Origin: Candidatus Zhuqueibacterota bacterium
GTDB lineage: Bacteria; BS750m-G25
Direction: 5' to 3'
Length of the DNA: 63,201 nt
Assembly: GCA_016783505.1 (NCBI GenBank)
Contig: JADHWK010000009.1
Location: 1-63,201 of the forward strand
Part shown: piece by piece, positions 59,236 to 63,201 of the stretch
Position numbering within the stretch: position 1 is the stretch's first letter
How the letters are laid out: each line of letters opens with the position of its first letter
The notes under the pieces: generated by a model
The model's database searches: none
Told to the model about the DNA's origin: nothing
What the model saw: the letters and a program-made list of their open reading frames with translations, nothing else
Made by a program: the position numbers and the translations under genes

Positions 59236-62200
59236 TTATCTTAATAAGATCATCTTCTTAATCTTGACGAAATCCCCCGTTTCCATCCGGTAAAAATAAA
59301 CCCCGCTGGCCACCGCTCTGCCGAAACGATCATCACCATCCCAAATGGCCACATAATAACCCGGCTCTTTGTTCTCATTCACCAAAATTCTAACCTCCTG
59401 ACCCAGAATATTGTAAATTTTTAATGAAATAAATCTGGCATTGGGTATCTGGTATCTAATTTCGGTATTAGCATTGAAGGGATTGGGGTAGTTCTGCCCC
59501 AGGGCGAGTACTTCCGGAATGGCGAGCTGCCTTTCTGGGGTATCTATGCCCACTTCCCCAACCGCAAATTGAACCGAGATGTGGGTCTCGGGCTGATTGG
59601 GGTCATTAGAGGAAATGATAATCACGGCTTCGTAGAGGCCATCGGTCAGGAAGGCCCCGTTGGCCATGATCTCGATGGGAACAGAACCCAGACCGGGGAC
59701 CGTACCCTGGTCTGGAAATTCGCTGAGCCAGGTGGCCTCAACCTCAGTGCCCACCGTCCCGTGCCCAACATCGGGGGCGTAATCAATCCCAGCAGCATAC
59801 TGTCCTGCAACCGCCATGGCGCATACGTTGAAGTTGCCGTCATCGTTTCCTAATATATATAAAGGTATTGTGGCGGAAATCCGGGTAGAATCAACGGTGA
59901 TGGGAGCAAAGCCCAGGAAGCTCTGGCCGCTGCCATCCAGGATGATCACAGAGGAACCCAACCCGGACAGGTTGGGCACATCCCAGACTAACTCATATTC
60001 GGAACCCACATCCTGGGAAGGCAACCCGGCTCCCAGTCCCGGGGGATAGACCCCGGTGTTTACGTCCTGATCAGCATCAATAGAAAGAATACAGAAGGTG
60101 CTGTCCTCCACCACATCTTCATTAAATTCAAACTGAAAGGTCACCGACCCATCCTCTACTCCGGCGTAGATAGCCACAATATCCGGTTTTGTTACGGATG
60201 GATCGTACAGGATGTCCCCGACGGGGTCGGTAAGGATGAGCTCCACCTGCTGGGTTGAGGCCGGGTTATGGCCTGAAGCCCCGGTTGGAAACTTCCGGAG
60301 CAGAGCATCTATGTCAATTCCTTTAAGGCAGGACAGGTCAGGGAAAACCCTCTCTTCAACATTGAAGAGTGTCTCCGTTCTTGAAAAACCCCCTACTGAG
60401 GAATCCCGGATGCTAAAGTGCAAATCAAGAAGTCCCAGGTTAGAGATGTAGAGGGTATCCACCGCCATTTCTCCTTGGACAGCGATGAGACTTAAAGAGA
60501 TAGGCTCTATGGAAATCGCCGCCATTTGGTCGCTGACGATGAAACTGAAGACAAAATCGGGGGCTCCGGGGGGGTCGGTGGAAACGTTTGCGGAGTCATC
60601 CATTGCCCAGAGGTAGTAGTTCACGGTAGTCCCGTAGGGCTGACCGGGGATCCCACCCTGATAGAGATGATCCCCCATACTATCCATTGGCACATAAAAA
60701 AAGATGGCTCCCCCATCAGTGCTGTAAAACAGGGAGGCCTGGGCAATCCCGGTATCATCGGTGATGTAGGAACTGACCCAATAAGGCCCCTCGGTATTCG
60801 CTGTATTGGGCAGGTGGGTGGTATTTGTGAACAACGGAACTGCCGATACCCCCATCAACACTTCCACATCATCAATGTACCACCCCGGGGCATTCACGTA
60901 GGCATCGCTCCCGAAATGAAAGCGAACCACCACGGTGTGATTGACCCAGGGCGACAGGTCCACCGTCTCCTGGTGCCAGAAATTCCCCGTGGACGCCGGC
61001 CCGCCGTAGGCCGGTTCCCCCCCGATCACGGTATTGTAATTGTCCACGATTCCATCATATCCACCTACCGGAGTAATCAACTCGAAGGGACCTTCATCCA
61101 CCGATATTTTGAGGTTGCCACCATCCCAATAGATACCGTCGCTGTACTCGATCAGGTACCAGTGCCAAAAGGTGAGGACGGGATTCAACATATTGCTCAG
61201 GTCTATGGCGGGCATATCGAGGCGGGAATCGGAAAGATCAGAATAGTTCCCCCCAAGCCCGGTCGCCCAGACACGATCGCCGGAATGGGCCCCGAAGGGT
61301 CCCGAAGTCGGGGTTCCCCAGTCCCAGTCTCCCCCCCAGTTAGGGAAAAACCCCCCATCGTCAGCCTCGAAGTCGAAGGCCAGCCCCCCGAGGATGGTAA
61401 AACTATAATAACCTGTAATGGGTGCAGAGGCGGTATTGGCGGAGGCGGCGGCATCAATCGCCACCATGCAGTATTCGATGAGATCGCCCACCACCAGAGG
61501 GTCGGGGTCAATGAATCCTTCATATACATCCGGTGCAGCGGTGGGAACCATGACCGACGAGTCAACTGTCCCCCCATTCCGTCTGAAATAGATGGTTGCC
61601 GTAAAAATACCAATATTGTCAATGATTACCGCCCGGACCAGATAGGGTGCAAAGTGAATGGACTGATCCCCCAACGGGGTATGGCTGATGGTCGGGGGAA
61701 TGATATCAGCCCCGACATGGAATGAAAAAAGTTCTTCGGGCGCCCCTGGGGGAGCGTATCCCGCCCGGGGTATGGAATCCCAAGCACACAGGTAATAATA
61801 TATGGTAACCCCAGGGCCCTGGGAAGGTATGGAGGCTGCGTATTCATCAGGGCTGCCCGTAGGCAAAAGGGAAAGGGAATCAAAGGGTGATGTTCCCGCA
61901 ATATTAAAGTACACCCACAAACTTGATGTATCCAAGTGGAAAACGGGGGAGGTAACCGTTGCCACTATTAGGTAGGGGCCCACCTCATCCTCTGTATCCG
62001 TCAGAGGAGTATGTATGATTTCGGGACGTGGTGAGTATTGTTCAGCGGCGTAGGCCACGTAGAGGTTAGGGCCCATGTTATCCAGAATCTGGGGCATGAT
62101 CATCGAGGTATCAGGATGAAACCCGTCACCCGGAATGACCCCATCATTTATACTACCCACCTCGGGGGTGAACCCGAACACCTTATATTTGGTAGTCTGC

Positions 62201-63183
62201 TCCCCATACATCCAATCGTCGGTATCCCCGTTGGTGAGGTAGATCAACCCAGAAGCAGAGTTCCCGTGTTCGTAGCCATTATAGGCCACGCAGGAGTCGG
62301 CAATGGCCAAAAAAGTAGGGTGATCGGGGGTATCCTCATATATATATCCCCAGGGATAAAGAAACATCTCACCATAGGAGTGGTAGGAAAGGGAGATAAC
62401 GAAGTTATGGGCCTCGACCAGGTCCCGGATGGCCTGGGTCTCCGGCTCGGAGAAGGGCCCGGTGCCCCGGTAGGTCTGGGCTCCGGGGTTTGGGCTGGAA
62501 CCTAAGTTATCATAGCCCCATTGAAAACCATAGTTGCGGTTCAGGTCCACCCCATCCCAGTCGGGATCAAATTGACCGTTACCGTTGTTATCCCTTTTAT
62601 TCTTTCTCCACCAGAGGGGGTCGTTTGGATTGCCGGGATCGCTGCCAGTAAACACGTAGGCATACCCGTCGGGGTTGACGATGGGCACCAGCCAGAGCTG
62701 GTGGTTGTTCACCAGATAGGTCACCTCCGGGTCGGTCCCGTAGCGGTCAACCAGATAATGCATAAAATAGAGGAGAATCTCCGGGGTGATAATCTCCCGG
62801 GCATGGTGCAGAGCCAGGTAGAGCACTTCTGGTTCTTCTATCTCCTCTAAATCCACGTTATCGGAGATCTTGATGGCCCAGATGTCCCGGTCAGCTAAAC
62901 CCTGGGTCTTTTCCCACGAATCACCAATGTCATAAAGCCGGGCGATCTCCGGATAAGCCGCCTCCACAGCTTGCATTTCGGCCAGCGTTTGCTCGTAACT
63001 GTGAAAGTGATCCAGGTAATCCTGCTGCCTTAAGACCCGGGCGTAGGCGTCAATGTCCGCAATGATGACATCAAAGGGAAAACCAAGCTGCCCTATTCGC
63101 AGAAGTTCATCCTCGTCAGTCACTATAACCAGGGTTTGATCCTTGGGGTTATAGCTGGCGATGTCCGGATAATAGGACAACAA
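59236..63183 (-). CDS. Secreted multidomain M14 zinc carboxypeptidase (carboxypeptidase T-like) with FlgD/T9SS-like C-terminal domain; 5' end probably beyond the window
   Basis: HHARE, NPDG, GVDLNRNY, SYHSY, FTPEV; GWYIDDV domain; QNYPNPFN tail; frame open to the window edge. Confidence 0.9.
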   Translation of the reverse strand: MLSYYPDIASYNPKDQTLVIVTDEDELLRIGQLGFPFDVIIADIDAYARVLRQQDYLDHFHSYEQTLAEMQAVEAAYPEIARLYDIGDSWEKTQGLADRDIWAIKISDNVDLEEIEEPEVLYLALHHAREIITPEILLYFMHYLVDRYGTDPEVTYLVNNHQLWLVPIVNPDGYAYVFTGSDPGNPNDPLWWRKNKRDNNGNGQFDPDWDGVDLNRNYGFQWGYDNLGSSPNPGAQTYRGTGPFSEPETQAIRDLVEAHNFVISLSYHSYGEMFLYPWGYIYEDTPDHPTFLAIADSCVAYNGYEHGNSASGLIYLTNGDTDDWMYGEQTTKYKVFGFTPEVGSINDGVIPGDGFHPDTSMIMPQILDNMGPNLYVAYAAEQYSPRPEIIHTPLTDTEDEVGPYLIVATVTSPVFHLDTSSLWVYFNIAGTSPFDSLSLLPTGSPDEYAASIPSQGPGVTIYYYLCAWDSIPRAGYAPPGAPEELFSFHVGADIIPPTISHTPLGDQSIHFAPYLVRAVIIDNIGIFTATIYFRRNGGTVDSSVMVPTAAPDVYEGFIDPDPLVVGDLIEYCMVAIDAAASANTASAPITGYYSFTILGGLAFDFEADDGGFFPNWGGDWDWGTPTSGPFGAHSGDRVWATGLGGNYSDLSDSRLDMPAIDLSNMLNPVLTFWHWYLIEYSDGIYWDGGNLKISVDEGPFELITPVGGYDGIVDNYNTVIGGEPAYGGPASTGNFWHQETVDLSPWVNHTVVVRFHFGSDAYVNAPGWYIDDVEVLMGVSAVPLFTNTTHLPNTANTEGPYWVSSYITDDTGIAQASLFYSTDGGAIFFYVPMDSMGDHLYQGGIPGQPYGTTVNYYLWAMDDSANVSTDPPGAPDFVFSFIVSDQMAAISIEPISLSLIAVQGEMAVDTLYISNLGLLDLHFSIRDSSVGGFSRTETLFNVEERVFPDLSCLKGIDIDALLRKFPTGASGHNPASTQQVELILTDPVGDILYDPSVTKPDIVAIYAGVEDGSVTFQFEFNEDVVEDSTFCILSIDADQDVNTGVYPPGLGAGLPSQDVGSEYELVWDVPNLSGLGSSVIILDGSGQSFLGFAPITVDSTRISATIPLYILGNDDGNFNVCAMAVAGQYAAGIDYAPDVGHGTVGTEVEATWLSEFPDQGTVPGLGSVPIEIMANGAFLTDGLYEAVIIISSNDPNQPETHISVQFAVGEVGIDTPERQLAIPEVLALGQNYPNPFNANTEIRYQIPNARFISLKIYNILGQEVRILVNENKEPGYYVAIWDGDDRFGRAVASGVYFYRMETGDFVKIKKMILLR

Positions 63184-63201
63184 ATTCTTAATGGCCTCCT
63201 C

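Noticed and set aside
60526..61725. Long antisense ORFs (399 aa here; also 7290-8018, 36576-37139 and others)
   Set aside because: They are shadows of well-supported genes on the opposite strand, with no recognisable motifs.
1..63201. CRISPR array or prophage
   Set aside because: No regularly spaced repeat-spacer series and no cas or phage structural genes; the repeats are dispersed or coding.

Overview
This is a bacterial chromosomal segment. It probably comes from an FCB-superphylum lineage such as KSB1 or Calditrichota, inferred from 'NYPNPFN' secretion-type C-terminal domains and a Chlorobi-1/6S-Flavo-like RNA. The backbone is mostly minus-strand housekeeping genes: accC/BCCP, xerD, rpe-PASTA-rsmB-fmt, yajC-tgt-mtaB, rpsA-ispH-plsC-cmk, rluB-scpBA-trpS, rplS-trmD-rimM-khpA-rpsP, ffh, rfaE1/E2 and tRNA-Val(CAC). 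There are also several secreted or lipoprotein peptidases (C1A, M16, M49, M14) and a cobalamin-riboswitch operon (ECF S component, two TonB-dependent receptors, secreted beta-propeller). The most notable signals are non-coding. (1) Integron attC-like sites bound scattered accessory genes with no integrase in the window, including a decaying restriction-modification cassette between ffh and rpsP. (2) A 116-bp duplication of the ffh 3' end brackets a VapBC module. (3) Families of 16-20-bp palindromes appear to insert into other hairpins and into themselves, with one present/absent comparison and one compensatory change visible. (4) A structured ncRNA and a MITE lie between rpsA and mtaB. No CRISPR array, transposase or prophage was seen. 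All family assignments come from motif recognition, not database searches.
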